IMG/VR virus record: IMGVR_UViG_3300012987_000001
Coordinates: 1-64,000 of that record
Length of the DNA stretch: 64,000 nt
From: a virus
Direction: 5' to 3' (one strand)
Shown here: positions 7,878 to 16,180 of the stretch, in pieces
Layout: each line of letters begins with the position of its first letter
Numbering within the stretch: position 1 is the stretch's first letter
Translations under genes and position numbers: made by a program
Notes under the pieces: generated by a model
Told to the model about the DNA's origin: nothing
The model's input: the letters and a program-made list of their open reading frames with translations, nothing else
The model's database searches: none

Positions 7878-8405
7878 CTACTTGACCGCGATCGATACGA
7901 CCGACATGGCCAGCGAAATCAGTGAAATCCCAAGCGGGACCCAAATGGCAATGGTCTCGATTTTTGCCATGCGCGCGGCGAGCGCGCGGGTGTCGTCGCG
8001 TAGCTCGCGCACGACCTCGACGGCCATCATTGCCGAGTCTGCCGAGCTGCGGCAGTGGTCCTTGATGGCTCGCACGTCGGAGAAATGCTGCCGCATTTCG
8101 GCCACGTCCAGGCACAGCTGGTCCATTGGAGAGAGGATATGCTTGACCGGGGTCTCCTCGCTCCGTCGGTGATCCTGCTCGTTGGGCGCGATCGGCGGCG
8201 CCCGATCCGTGTCGCCAACGTCAGATGGTACGTGCGGAGCGCGCGGGATTCTCGGGATCGAGGCGAACGGATCCACGGGATCGGTCACCGGTTTCGCGAC
8301 GGCGATCTTGGGGCGCGAGTCCCATGCCTCTGGCGGAGTCACCGCGCGCGGGTAGTCGCTCTCGTGTGGATCGAACCGGCTGGGCTCTTTCGGCTTGTCG
8401 GTCAC
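7878..8405 (-). CDS. Pro-rich tail-anchored membrane protein (C-terminal TM), lysis-associated
   Basis: Track ORF with a GTGA overlap with the endolysin stop. The C-terminus is IAIWVPLGISLISLAMSVVSIAVK. Confidence 0.6.
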   Translation of the reverse strand: MTDKPKEPSRFDPHESDYPRAVTPPEAWDSRPKIAVAKPVTDPVDPFASIPRIPRAPHVPSDVGDTDRAPPIAPNEQDHRRSEETPVKHILSPMDQLCLDVAEMRQHFSDVRAIKDHCRSSADSAMMAVEVVRELRDDTRALAARMAKIETIAIWVPLGISLISLAMSVVSIAVK

Positions 8406-9217
8406 GTGTTGGGCTCCGTGGGTTCGTCGTCGTCTCGGTGGGTGAGGTCGAGGCCGGCGTAGAGATTGGCCGTCAGGTCGTCCCAGCGCGCATCATTCCG
8501 TGCCTGCTCTTCAAGTCGCATCACGACGAGCGCAGGCTGGGTCGCTGGCGCCTCCGGAGCGATCGGCGCAATGGTGTCGGTCGGATTCGTTTTCGCGAGC
8601 GGCAGTGGACCGTCAGCTACGTTCTGATCGAGCAGCATGGGCTTGATGGCGCCGCCGGGGCCGCCCGGGTTGTAGGGGCCAACCGTGCGCTGCCAGATGG
8701 CGTAGGGCTTGTTCCCCGGCGTCGCCGGCTTCTCGGCGTTCACGTAGTGCGCCACCCATAATGGCCTATCCAAGATCCAGGCGGGCTTGCCGAGCCGGCC
8801 GAAATCTCGTTGAGTGATGTAGACCATCGCTTCGCCGAACTCGGTCAACAGGCCATCGACGAAGGCGCTGATGCTCGGCTCCCACGACGGGTCGAGCTTC
8901 GCGGTCAGGTCGTCCTCGACGTCGATCGCGGGCGCGATGTCACCCATCCCGACGCCACATGTGATGGCTTGAGCGCAGAAGGCGTCGAGCTGCTCACCGA
9001 CTGGCTGCGTCGATCTGAAAAAATGATACAGCCCGACCTGGAGGCGAGCGGAGCGCGCGTTTTTGATGTGGGCTGGCGCGCTCGCGTCCTTCGATGTGCC
9101 ATAGGTCGCGCGCACGATCGCGAACTTGCTGGCCTGCGCGATCGTCGCCCACGACACGCCAGCGGGGGCAGTCGTATTCTGGAACTTCGAGACATCGACG
9201 CCGTAGATGCGGGACAT
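8402..9217 (-). CDS. Endolysin, GH25-type muramidase with a C-terminal extension
   Basis: M34 of ORF 8402..9316. The sequence IYGVDVSKFQ...FAIVRATYGT...GLYHFF fits the recalled GH25 signature (DVS...YHF). The start overlaps the upstream stop (TGATG). Confidence 0.85.
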   Translation of the reverse strand: MSRIYGVDVSKFQNTTAPAGVSWATIAQASKFAIVRATYGTSKDASAPAHIKNARSARLQVGLYHFFRSTQPVGEQLDAFCAQAITCGVGMGDIAPAIDVEDDLTAKLDPSWEPSISAFVDGLLTEFGEAMVYITQRDFGRLGKPAWILDRPLWVAHYVNAEKPATPGNKPYAIWQRTVGPYNPGGPGGAIKPMLLDQNVADGPLPLAKTNPTDTIAPIAPEAPATQPALVVMRLEEQARNDARWDDLTANLYAGLDLTHRDDDEPTEPNT

Positions 9218-9408
9218 CAGCGCGCCTTCCCTTTCGGCTTCTCGATCGGCTTCGGCCAAAACGGGTTCTGGTTTCGAGCCGCCCCAACCAGACCAAGCGA
9301 GATCCCTTCGTCGCACATCGAGAACGCGATCAGCTCGGCGTCCGCTCGGAGCTCAGGCGGGAATTTCGCGATCTTGGCGCGCGCTTCGGCGGAGGAGATG
9401 GGTTTCAC
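9217..9408 (-). CDS. Hypothetical small protein (63 aa) upstream of the endolysin
   Basis: The GTG start makes a GTGA overlap with the upstream stop, and the stop overlaps the endolysin ATG. It is the C-terminal part of track ORF 9217..9615. Confidence 0.5.
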   Translation of the reverse strand: MKPISSAEARAKIAKFPPELRADAELIAFSMCDEGISLGLVGAARNQNPFWPKPIEKPKGKAR

Positions 9409-9872
9409 TCGCTGTCGCCCTTCAGCAACGCCTCGAAAGCCTCTCGAGTCAGATGCATATCGCAGAGCCAGAAGCGCTTGAATTGACCCATCTTTGCGAA
9501 CGACGCCGTGAACTCTCCGCAGCCGGTGGCCGCGCAACGGTGCAGCGTCGGCGCTGAGTCCTTCGATCGCGCCTCGAGCTCGAGTTCGTTGTCGAGTTGG
9601 TATCGACAATGACACTCGTGGGCTTCGGCGGCCGTAGCGTGACCATCCGTGTGGTACTTCGCCTGGTGAGCGCGCAGCGCTTCGGTGTCGGCGTCCATCT
9701 GTTTGACGAAGCCCTCTCCGAATTGGCGCACGAGGCGCTCTCTGGCTTCACCGCTGGCCGGCCCCCTCCAGCCGGCGCAGTAGCCGATCGGGTATGGGCT
9801 CGAGCTTCCGGTGCCCGACGTGTAGTCCCATCGGCCATCGGTTCGCTGTAGTGGTCGCAAATAGGTGGTCAT
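9405..9872 (-). CDS. Conserved-looking phage hypothetical protein (155 aa; MTTYLRP..., YHTDGH, Cys/His-rich)
   Basis: Track ORF 9405..9890, with ATG at 9872 preferred (alternative TTG at 9890). Confidence 0.65.
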   Translation of the reverse strand: MTTYLRPLQRTDGRWDYTSGTGSSSPYPIGYCAGWRGPASGEARERLVRQFGEGFVKQMDADTEALRAHQAKYHTDGHATAAEAHECHCRYQLDNELELEARSKDSAPTLHRCAATGCGEFTASFAKMGQFKRFWLCDMHLTREAFEALLKGDSE

Positions 9873-9891
9873 GATCTTTTTTCTCGGCAAC

Positions 9892-10092
9892 TCAGCCCGA
9901 TACGGGCCGACAATACTCAGCCGCGGCCGCTACCCGCTCAGCTCGGTGACGACCCGACCGCCGACCGGAGAGATGGGTCCGCCGCAGGCCTTTTTTCAGC
10001 TTTTTCCACGCCCCCTGCATAGCCATGATCCGAATCGCCACGCCGATACCGACGGCGATCGCCAGCTCGATGGCTTGCTCGGCGCGGCTCAC
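9892..10092 (-). CDS. Holin candidate (66 aa, one TM helix, strongly basic C-terminus)
   Basis: Track ORF with a GTGA overlap upstream. The helix AIELAIAVGIGVAIRIMAM is followed by KKLKKGLRR... Confidence 0.45.
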   Translation of the reverse strand: MSRAEQAIELAIAVGIGVAIRIMAMQGAWKKLKKGLRRTHLSGRRSGRHRAERVAAAAEYCRPVSG

Positions 10093-10268
10093 TTCTGCTC
10101 CTTGAATGGCACACGGATCGCCTCTTTCGCGGCGATGATCGCGGCTTGGCGCTCGGCCTCAGCGACTGGATCGTCGTGCCGCAAGAGCGCCGTTACGATC
10201 TTGGTGATGGCAGGCACGATCTCGGGGAACTGACCCAGCAGCGCAATGAGCTCTTTCACTGGCCACAT
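10089..10268 (-). CDS. Hypothetical small protein (59 aa)
   Basis: M15 of ORF 10089..10310 (MWPVKELIALLG...). Confidence 0.5.
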   Translation of the reverse strand: MWPVKELIALLGQFPEIVPAITKIVTALLRHDDPVAEAERQAAIIAAKEAIRVPFKEQK

Positions 10269-10681
10269 GCCTTCTCGATCGCGGTATCGCAATCGGCGAG
10301 CGTTTCGCACTCAGCCTCGGACTTGCCAGCGTTGGCGCATTGCTGAGACTTGACGACGCAGGAAGCGACAACACCAGCGAGCCGGGCCTCGTCACACGGC
10401 GGCTTCGGGTTCGAGCAAGCTGAGGCATGGAGAGATGCGGCCAACAGAAGCACAGCCGCACCCGCCCCCGGGAACATCGGCGGCAGCTTCGGTTCGTCGC
10501 CCTTGGGCTTCGGTGTCTCGCGCACATTCACCGAGAATTTCGCGTTTGCCGCATAGCTGGCCAACCGGGCGAAAAACTGCGCATATTTCGCAGGCAGCGG
10601 AAGGTGCGCGAGTACCGCGCTGATCACGCCAATGGCGCCGAGCGCGGAGGTGACGTCGGTGAGGATTTGTTCGATGGGCAT
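10256..10681 (-). CDS. Membrane protein with an N-terminal TM helix and an internal lipoprotein-like signal followed by a Cys-rich tail (spanin-like?)
   Basis: M77 of ORF 10256..10909 (MPIEQIL...). The helix is ALGAIGVISAVLAHL. The in-frame internal segment is MFPGAGAAVLLLAASLHASAC followed by SNPKPPC... Confidence 0.55.
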   Translation of the reverse strand: MPIEQILTDVTSALGAIGVISAVLAHLPLPAKYAQFFARLASYAANAKFSVNVRETPKPKGDEPKLPPMFPGAGAAVLLLAASLHASACSNPKPPCDEARLAGVVASCVVKSQQCANAGKSEAECETLADCDTAIEKACGQ

Positions 10682-10776
10682 GGTTTTTGGTTGGGTGAGA
10701 CTCGAGACGCAGCAGGGCAGCGTCCACCCGCCGGGAGGGGGACCACCAAGTGAACGCCGCTCTGCTACGTCTTGGG

Positions 10777-11115
10777 TTAGGTATTGTCGCAGTGCAGCCG
10801 AACCGTCTTGTCGCTGCCGAGTTCCGGAGAGCCGGATAGCGTGTACCGACAGCGAAGCCGGTAGGTGGTGCCCGGCGTTCCGCCAGTCGCGAGGAACGAC
10901 ACGCCCCAAAGCGTGTCGCTGATCTGACCGGGAATCACCGAACTGATAACGAGCGAATCGCCGACCAACGCAGTGTCGTTGTCGTCAACAGCGGTCACGG
11001 TTGCTAGGGCCAGCGAGTCGCCGCTGTCTACGGGGATCTCGATCGTGTAATCCATCGATTGCCCAGATGGGTCGTGGACCCAAGGGCACAACGGGAAGAG
11101 CACTCTTACGCTCAC
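10777..11115 (-). CDS. Small beta-rich virion protein, fibre-tail adaptor-like
   Basis: Track ORF. The GTG at 11115 follows GGAAGG (alternative ATG at 11055). The pattern DYTIEIP..GDSL....V......L.......I....V.F...GG.PG..Y.L.C resembles the recalled fibre-adaptor family. Confidence 0.55.
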   Translation of the reverse strand: MSVRVLFPLCPWVHDPSGQSMDYTIEIPVDSGDSLALATVTAVDDNDTALVGDSLVISSVIPGQISDTLWGVSFLATGGTPGTTYRLRCRYTLSGSPELGSDKTVRLHCDNT

Positions 11116-11118
11116 AGC

Positions 11119-13305
11119 TCAGGCCTTCCAGCGCCGAGCGGCGCGCGTTGCAGATGTGGTGCGGATGCGCCGCTCGAATGGCGATCGGACGAAGCCACTC
11201 GTGCAGATTCCGCTCAACGAGCCGACTCCACCGATCAAGCAGGCGATCGATGCCAGCGCGGATCCGGTTCCGGTGATGGTCCCGACGCCGACGCAGGTGG
11301 CTATCAATGCGCCAGCGGGCGCAGTTGTGCCGGACAGTGTTCCGACGCCCGACATCGAGCAGGCTGCCGAAAGAACCCGCGCTCCGGTTCCCGTCAGGGC
11401 TCCCGCGCCGGCACTAGTTACGTTCAGTGCGCCGGGGGCGGTCAGTGTCGCGTTGACGCCACCAATGCCGGCAGCCGATGCGCTAACTGATGCGAGAGCG
11501 CTCCACGTCCCGGAAATCCCGCCAACACCCGCACAGGTACCGGTCGCGCTCCCCTGGACCATCGATCCGGACAGGGCGCCGACACCGGCCGCGATACCCG
11601 CGAGAGCGCCGAGCGCAGAGCTTGTGACCGACAGCGCGCCGGCTCCCGGGATCGTCGACGCAAGAGCGCCGCCCGCCGAAACGGTTGCCGCAGTTCCTCC
11701 GGCGCCAGCTGCGGTTCCCGCGAGTGTCCCGCGAGCGCTCGCGGTGCAGCTGAGCGCACCAATGCCGGCGCACGAGGCCGAAGCCGCACCAGGCGCCGTG
11801 AGCGTTCCGGAAAGGCCGCCAGCGCCCGCACAGGTTGCGTTGTTGCCTGGCTGAAGAACGGTCCCGGACAGGGCGCCAGCGCCCGCACACGAACACGCCA
11901 GCGCGCCTGGGGCCGTTGCTGCGCCAGAGAATGCACCAACGCCGGCTATCGTCGCAGCGGCCGCGCCTTGGGCCTGCGCAGTGCCCGCTAGGGCGCCCGT
12001 CCCTGCCGTCGTGCACGCTAGCGTGCCGGGTGCCGAAATGATGCCTGTCTGAGCACCGACGCCAGCGCACGCAGAGGCGAGCGCGCCAGGAGCGCTCGCC
12101 GTGCCCGCCAGCGCCCCGACTCCGGCGCAAGATGCCGCCAACGCCCCGGGCGCCGTAGCAGTCCCAGAAAGCGCCCCCGCGCCGGCAGCTGTGCCACCGA
12201 GGGCACCGAGCCCGCTCGGCGTTCCTGTCTCTGCCCCAGCGCCCGCCAATGTGCCGGCAAGCGCGCCGCCGGCTGAGGGTATCGCGGAGACGCTGCCCAT
12301 GCCCGCGCAAGTAGAGGAAATCGGTCCCGCCGAGACCGGTGAGGTAATCAGCAGGCCGGAGCCGAGCGTGGGGCGGGGTGGGCCCGGGAAATGTGTGCCG
12401 AGCGCCGCGGCATAAGCCATCGGCTGCGGTTGCGGCATGGGGGCCGCGATCGCTATGGAGATCGATCCAGAAAGCGCCCCGATGCTTGCGAGCGTTGCGG
12501 ATATCGGTGCTGCTGAGATGGTAGCAGCGAGCAGTCCGACACCGAGACGCGCTATTCCAGGCAACGGAGCGCGCGGCGGAAAGCCCTTGGCGCGTTGCTG
12601 TACAGAGCCAAGCATTCCCGGATCGGGAATGCTCGCCCCGGCACTGGCTCCTAGCTCATCAAATACCGCAAACGCGACCAAGTGCTCGACGTTGGCGCTT
12701 GCGGTGAACGTCGCCGCTTGCGAACCGATCGCGCTGATCGCCTTCCACTCAGCGCGACCACCGATCCCGATCCCGAACGTGCCGCCGGTAGCAAGCGAAG
12801 TGAACCCAGTTCCCGCTGCGGGCGCGCCGGTGAACGTCGAGAACGCGAAGCCAAAAACACCAGCGGGCTGCTTGGTATTGCTCGCCGCAGTCGCGACAAC
12901 GCCATCCGCGCCGGTGCCCGGAGTCGCACGAGAAACTGGGCCAGTGCCCGCATCAAACGATGCGACCGCGGCGCCCGATATTTTGATGTACGCGATGCAC
13001 TTGTACACAGTCGACGCGCTGAACGTCGCCGTGATCGTTGTGCTGCCAGAGGCACAATTCTGCTTGTAGAAAGTGGTGAGGTCTTGGCCGTTGGCATCGG
13101 AGACCTTCGTGCCGAGCGCGGTGTAGTTGCCCGCGTTTACGTTGTCCGCGACCGTGATCGTTGGCGCGTTGGAGTTGTCGCTCCAGACGCCCACGTAGAG
13201 CGTGTCGCCGGCCGCAACCGTGACCGTGATCGCTTGCGTCGTGCCGGCTGTACCTGGGCCGGTCGAGCCGTCGTCCGCAAATGCGGCTGTTGCGGAGAGG
13301 GCCAT
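11119..13305 (-). CDS. Tail fibre / receptor-binding protein: lectin-like N-terminal domain, then ~18.5 x 20-aa Gly/Ala/Cys repeats, then a basic C-terminal tail
   Basis: Track ORF (728 aa) placed in the fibre cluster. The repeat consensus is AG(A/V)GALSGTxxAPGALAxxC. Confidence 0.75.
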   Translation of the reverse strand: MALSATAAFADDGSTGPGTAGTTQAITVTVAAGDTLYVGVWSDNSNAPTITVADNVNAGNYTALGTKVSDANGQDLTTFYKQNCASGSTTITATFSASTVYKCIAYIKISGAAVASFDAGTGPVSRATPGTGADGVVATAASNTKQPAGVFGFAFSTFTGAPAAGTGFTSLATGGTFGIGIGGRAEWKAISAIGSQAATFTASANVEHLVAFAVFDELGASAGASIPDPGMLGSVQQRAKGFPPRAPLPGIARLGVGLLAATISAAPISATLASIGALSGSISIAIAAPMPQPQPMAYAAALGTHFPGPPRPTLGSGLLITSPVSAGPISSTCAGMGSVSAIPSAGGALAGTLAGAGAETGTPSGLGALGGTAAGAGALSGTATAPGALAASCAGVGALAGTASAPGALASACAGVGAQTGIISAPGTLACTTAGTGALAGTAQAQGAAAATIAGVGAFSGAATAPGALACSCAGAGALSGTVLQPGNNATCAGAGGLSGTLTAPGAASASCAGIGALSCTASARGTLAGTAAGAGGTAATVSAGGALASTIPGAGALSVTSSALGALAGIAAGVGALSGSMVQGSATGTCAGVGGISGTWSALASVSASAAGIGGVNATLTAPGALNVTSAGAGALTGTGARVLSAACSMSGVGTLSGTTAPAGALIATCVGVGTITGTGSALASIACLIGGVGSLSGICTSGFVRSPFERRIRTTSATRAARRWKA
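11194..12306 (-). repeat. Intragenic tandem repeat, ~60-nt (20-aa) unit, 18 full copies plus 1 partial
   Basis: Counted by hand over aa 334-704: 16 units of 20 aa, two of 19 aa and one of 13 aa. Cys recurs at or near the last position of many units. Confidence 0.85.
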
Positions 13306-14697
13306 TTAGTCAAGCACCAAAACGACGTCGCTCGTGCCATCCACGCGCGCGGACGGCTGGGTGAAATTCTGCGTTCCCGTGTTCGTGAGCGAGGCGGAAA
13401 TCAGGGTAAAGGTGCCCGCGGTCGGATCGAACCAGCGTGCGCGTTTGGCGCTTGAAAACTGCGACATCGCTACCGTGATCGTTGCGGCGGCCCCGCTTGG
13501 AAAATAGGCCGCCAGGCACGCCGCTGACGCGCGCGCGCTCACGTAACTCGAAGACGTGTACGTGCCGCGCCCCGCGGTGACGAAGGTGTTGCTCGAGTCC
13601 GGCGCCATCGTGGCCCACGGCAGCGCGGACCATAGTGCCCAGGTGTACCCGTGCTCGGTCGTGCCGGTAGTGCCCGTGACGTTGGCCGCGTAAACCCATC
13701 CCGTCGGACTCGTTCCGCCCCGTGCGTAGCACAGAGAGGCGCTCCCCTCGCACATGCCCGAGTGCTGTTTGGCGCGCAGCTCGAGCGTGGTGCTTTGCGC
13801 TGGGTCTCCCTCGTAGGACTCGTCAAGGAGCAGCGTCGGACGAGTCGGCGAGTGGCCGTATCCCGTGCGGATCCGGGTGTAGACGAGCGCGCCGGGGTTG
13901 TAGCCGTAGTGCGACCAGAGAAGCTGCGAGTAGCCTGCGAACGTGGCCTGATCGAACGCCAGATCACCGCCGTTGCCGCTGCCCGTGTCGCCGTCCCAGT
14001 GGGCTACCCAGAGCTTGTTCGGATCGACCGAGATCACGCCGTCGACCACGTGCTGAAGTCGACTCTCGAGCGTCGAAGCAACGGTGGGCCGCGCGTCTCC
14101 ACCCATGCCGTAGATCACGTTCGTGCAGCCGAGTAGGAGATTCCCGACGTACTGCCCGTACGTCGTCATGTGGGCGTCGGTGTCCGCCTGCATGACATCG
14201 CCCCAGCCTTCGCTGGTACCGCCCGCCACTGCGTTGTATCCGAGGTACGCGACCTGGACGATCGCCAGCATCCCGATCGATTGCAGGTACTGGACGCACG
14301 CCAGCGCGTGAGCGAAGTAGGTCGCGTTTGGCGTCGAGAAGTTGCCCGCGCTCGTGAACGGCGCGACCGTGCTGCCGTTGTTCCAGTTGGGGGCGGCGAA
14401 GTGGTTCCCGCTCGTGCTCGGGAATCTCAGCTGATCGTTGCTGATCAGGGAGACATGCAGGGCGTTGAACCCGCGCGCCTTCTGCGCGTCAGCAAACGAA
14501 ACGAAGTCCGCGTAGCTGATCGCTTGGATGTAGTCCCATGCGGCGGCCGCTACGTTCAGCAGCAGCGGCGCCCCGCCGGCCGTGGTCAGGGCTCGCGAAT
14601 CCACGGACATGGCGATCGGGAATGGCGACGCGGGCGGAGTGGTAGAGAGCGTGCCCGCGCCCAGTCTCGGCGGAACCAACGCTGAGCGCGGCGGCAT
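13306..14697 (-). CDS. Glycoside-hydrolase-like tail protein (DUF4038/GH140-like catalytic region plus a C-terminal collagen-binding-like beta domain)
   Basis: Track ORF (463 aa). It has a TIM-barrel-like pattern and the C-terminal motif RWFDPTAGTF, recalled from the PF12904-type domain. The stop abuts the next start (TAAATG). Confidence 0.55.
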   Translation of the reverse strand: MPPRSALVPPRLGAGTLSTTPPASPFPIAMSVDSRALTTAGGAPLLLNVAAAAWDYIQAISYADFVSFADAQKARGFNALHVSLISNDQLRFPSTSGNHFAAPNWNNGSTVAPFTSAGNFSTPNATYFAHALACVQYLQSIGMLAIVQVAYLGYNAVAGGTSEGWGDVMQADTDAHMTTYGQYVGNLLLGCTNVIYGMGGDARPTVASTLESRLQHVVDGVISVDPNKLWVAHWDGDTGSGNGGDLAFDQATFAGYSQLLWSHYGYNPGALVYTRIRTGYGHSPTRPTLLLDESYEGDPAQSTTLELRAKQHSGMCEGSASLCYARGGTSPTGWVYAANVTGTTGTTEHGYTWALWSALPWATMAPDSSNTFVTAGRGTYTSSSYVSARASAACLAAYFPSGAAATITVAMSQFSSAKRARWFDPTAGTFTLISASLTNTGTQNFTQPSARVDGTSDVVLVLD

Positions 14698-14703
14698 GCG
14701 CTC

Positions 14704-15276
14704 TCAGAACATCTTCTGTTCGTGATCGATGTCGTAGATCTGGACACCGTTGCCGGCATTCGAGATCGAGAAACCGACCCAGAAATCCAGGATATTCGCG
14801 ATTGTCGAATCGAAGCCAGTGCCGACTGCCGGAGCGGTAGCGGGAACCGGGAACGAGCCGACGACAGTGGTCGAGTCCGCGCCAGCGCCGACCGTGAACA
14901 TGATGCCGTTCAGCGTGCCGCCACCGATCAGTTTCGCCGCGGTCCCAGCTCCGATGGAATCGACGCGATTGGTGATATCCAGCGTGAACGGGATCAGTGT
15001 GTGCGCAGTCGTTGACATCTGGATTGCGCCAGATGTCCAAGCGACGATCGAGCCCATCATGAGCTGAAACGTCACCGTGCCAGGAGTGGTCACGATGTTT
15101 GAAAGTCCACCCCAAACCCGAGTTCGGATTTTGCTACCGACGGTCAGATAGTTCGCTGGCAACGTCTGAAGTTCGGTCGCGTTGATGACGCTCTTCGCGG
15201 TCGTGTAGGTGTTGAATAGGGTGCCGGCCGCGCGTTGCGACTGGAGAACCTGAGGGAAAACAGGTACGCCGGACAT
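14704..15276 (-). CDS. Hypothetical virion/fibre-associated beta-rich protein (190 aa)
   Basis: Track ORF in the fibre cluster. No motif was recognised. Confidence 0.65.
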   Translation of the reverse strand: MSGVPVFPQVLQSQRAAGTLFNTYTTAKSVINATELQTLPANYLTVGSKIRTRVWGGLSNIVTTPGTVTFQLMMGSIVAWTSGAIQMSTTAHTLIPFTLDITNRVDSIGAGTAAKLIGGGTLNGIMFTVGAGADSTTVVGSFPVPATAPAVGTGFDSTIANILDFWVGFSISNAGNGVQIYDIDHEQKMF

Positions 15277-15279
15277 GGA

Positions 15280-15720
15280 TCAGTCCTCCGTCGCGACGAG
15301 CGCGCCGATTGCGAATTGCGGGGTGATGCCAGTCGAGACCAACAGCGAGGCACTGAGTGCGCCCGAGTAGAGGATCGCGGTTGCGCCGGAGGTTGCGACG
15401 CCGAGGGATACGTGGGTGATCGTGTTCGTGCCGCCCGTACACGCGGGGAATGCGATCAGTGCCGCGTTGACCGCCTGCGCCGGGCTCGTGCCGGAACACG
15501 TCCAGCCGCCGGTCGTGCGCGCAACCGACACGCGCGCGTAGCTCGTGTACGTGGCTTCGCTCGTGGCCTGCGTCCCGGAGTCACCAGGATCCGCGGTGTG
15601 GAGCGCCACGAAAAGGTTCGTGAGCGGGCTCGATGCTGCGTTGTCGGCGATGTTCGCCCACGCCGTCGCGTTGAACAGCAGCTTGAGCATGTTCAGCTCT
15701 GCCGTATCTGATTTAGACAT
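15280..15720 (-). CDS. Tail-fibre-associated protein (conserved LHTADPGD family)
   Basis: M16 of ORF 15280..15765. The sequence AELNMLKLLF...VALHTADPGDSG...YARV resembles a recalled phage fibre-protein family. Confidence 0.6.
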   Translation of the reverse strand: MSKSDTAELNMLKLLFNATAWANIADNAASSPLTNLFVALHTADPGDSGTQATSEATYTSYARVSVARTTGGWTCSGTSPAQAVNAALIAFPACTGGTNTITHVSLGVATSGATAILYSGALSASLLVSTGITPQFAIGALVATED

Positions 15721-15936
15721 ACGTGTCCCTTTGCAGCGCGTGGGCTGCGGTTGTCTGTCGTGCACCGAGCAGAGCTCGGCCCTTGCGGAGCGGGGTCCGC
15801 GGGTGGTCTTGATGGGCGCGTCAGGATCGCTAGCTACGCGACAGCGGGAAACCCCCGCATCGTAGCTACGCTGGACAGCGCTTTAGTTGTGACAGCTAAG
15901 GGCGTGTTTTAGTGGGCGCCCCGGGTCTTCAGCGCA

Positions 15937-16164
15937 CTAGCGGGCCAGCGATATGACGTATTGGCGCCGATGGCGAAGGGACAAGCTCTCGGCGAGTTCG
16001 CGCGCCTCTGCAATCGGCAGCGGCTCAGCATTCTCTCGCGCGCCGGTCGGAGCTGTAACGTTGAAGCGGTCGCTTGGGCCCGCGACGCCGGAGGCAGCGA
16101 ACGCAAGGGTGCGCTCCTGGAACAGCTGGTCTTGCTCGTGCTCTGTCAGGTGCGCCGTCGCCAT
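15937..16164 (-). CDS. Hypothetical small protein (75 aa)
   Basis: Track ORF filling the gap after the large upstream gene. Third codon positions are G/C-rich and the RBS is weak. Confidence 0.45.
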   Translation of the reverse strand: MATAHLTEHEQDQLFQERTLAFAASGVAGPSDRFNVTAPTGARENAEPLPIAEARELAESLSLRHRRQYVISLAR

Positions 16165-16180
16165 CCGGCAACCCTAGCCG

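Noticed and set aside
8810-9481. A 223-aa + strand ORF lies antisense to the GH25 endolysin.
   Set aside because: The minus frame carries clear GH25 motifs and coupling to its neighbours. The antisense ORF is an artefact of stop-poor GC-rich sequence.
11156-13069. Long ORFs antisense to, or in alternative frames of, the fibre gene (11156..11854 +, 11483..12310 -, 12437..13069 +, 12682..13455 + and others).
   Set aside because: They lie entirely within the GC-rich, low-complexity repeat region. Their products are Pro/Ala/Arg-rich nonsense typical of off-frame GC-rich sequence. They also break the operon direction and the coupling pattern.
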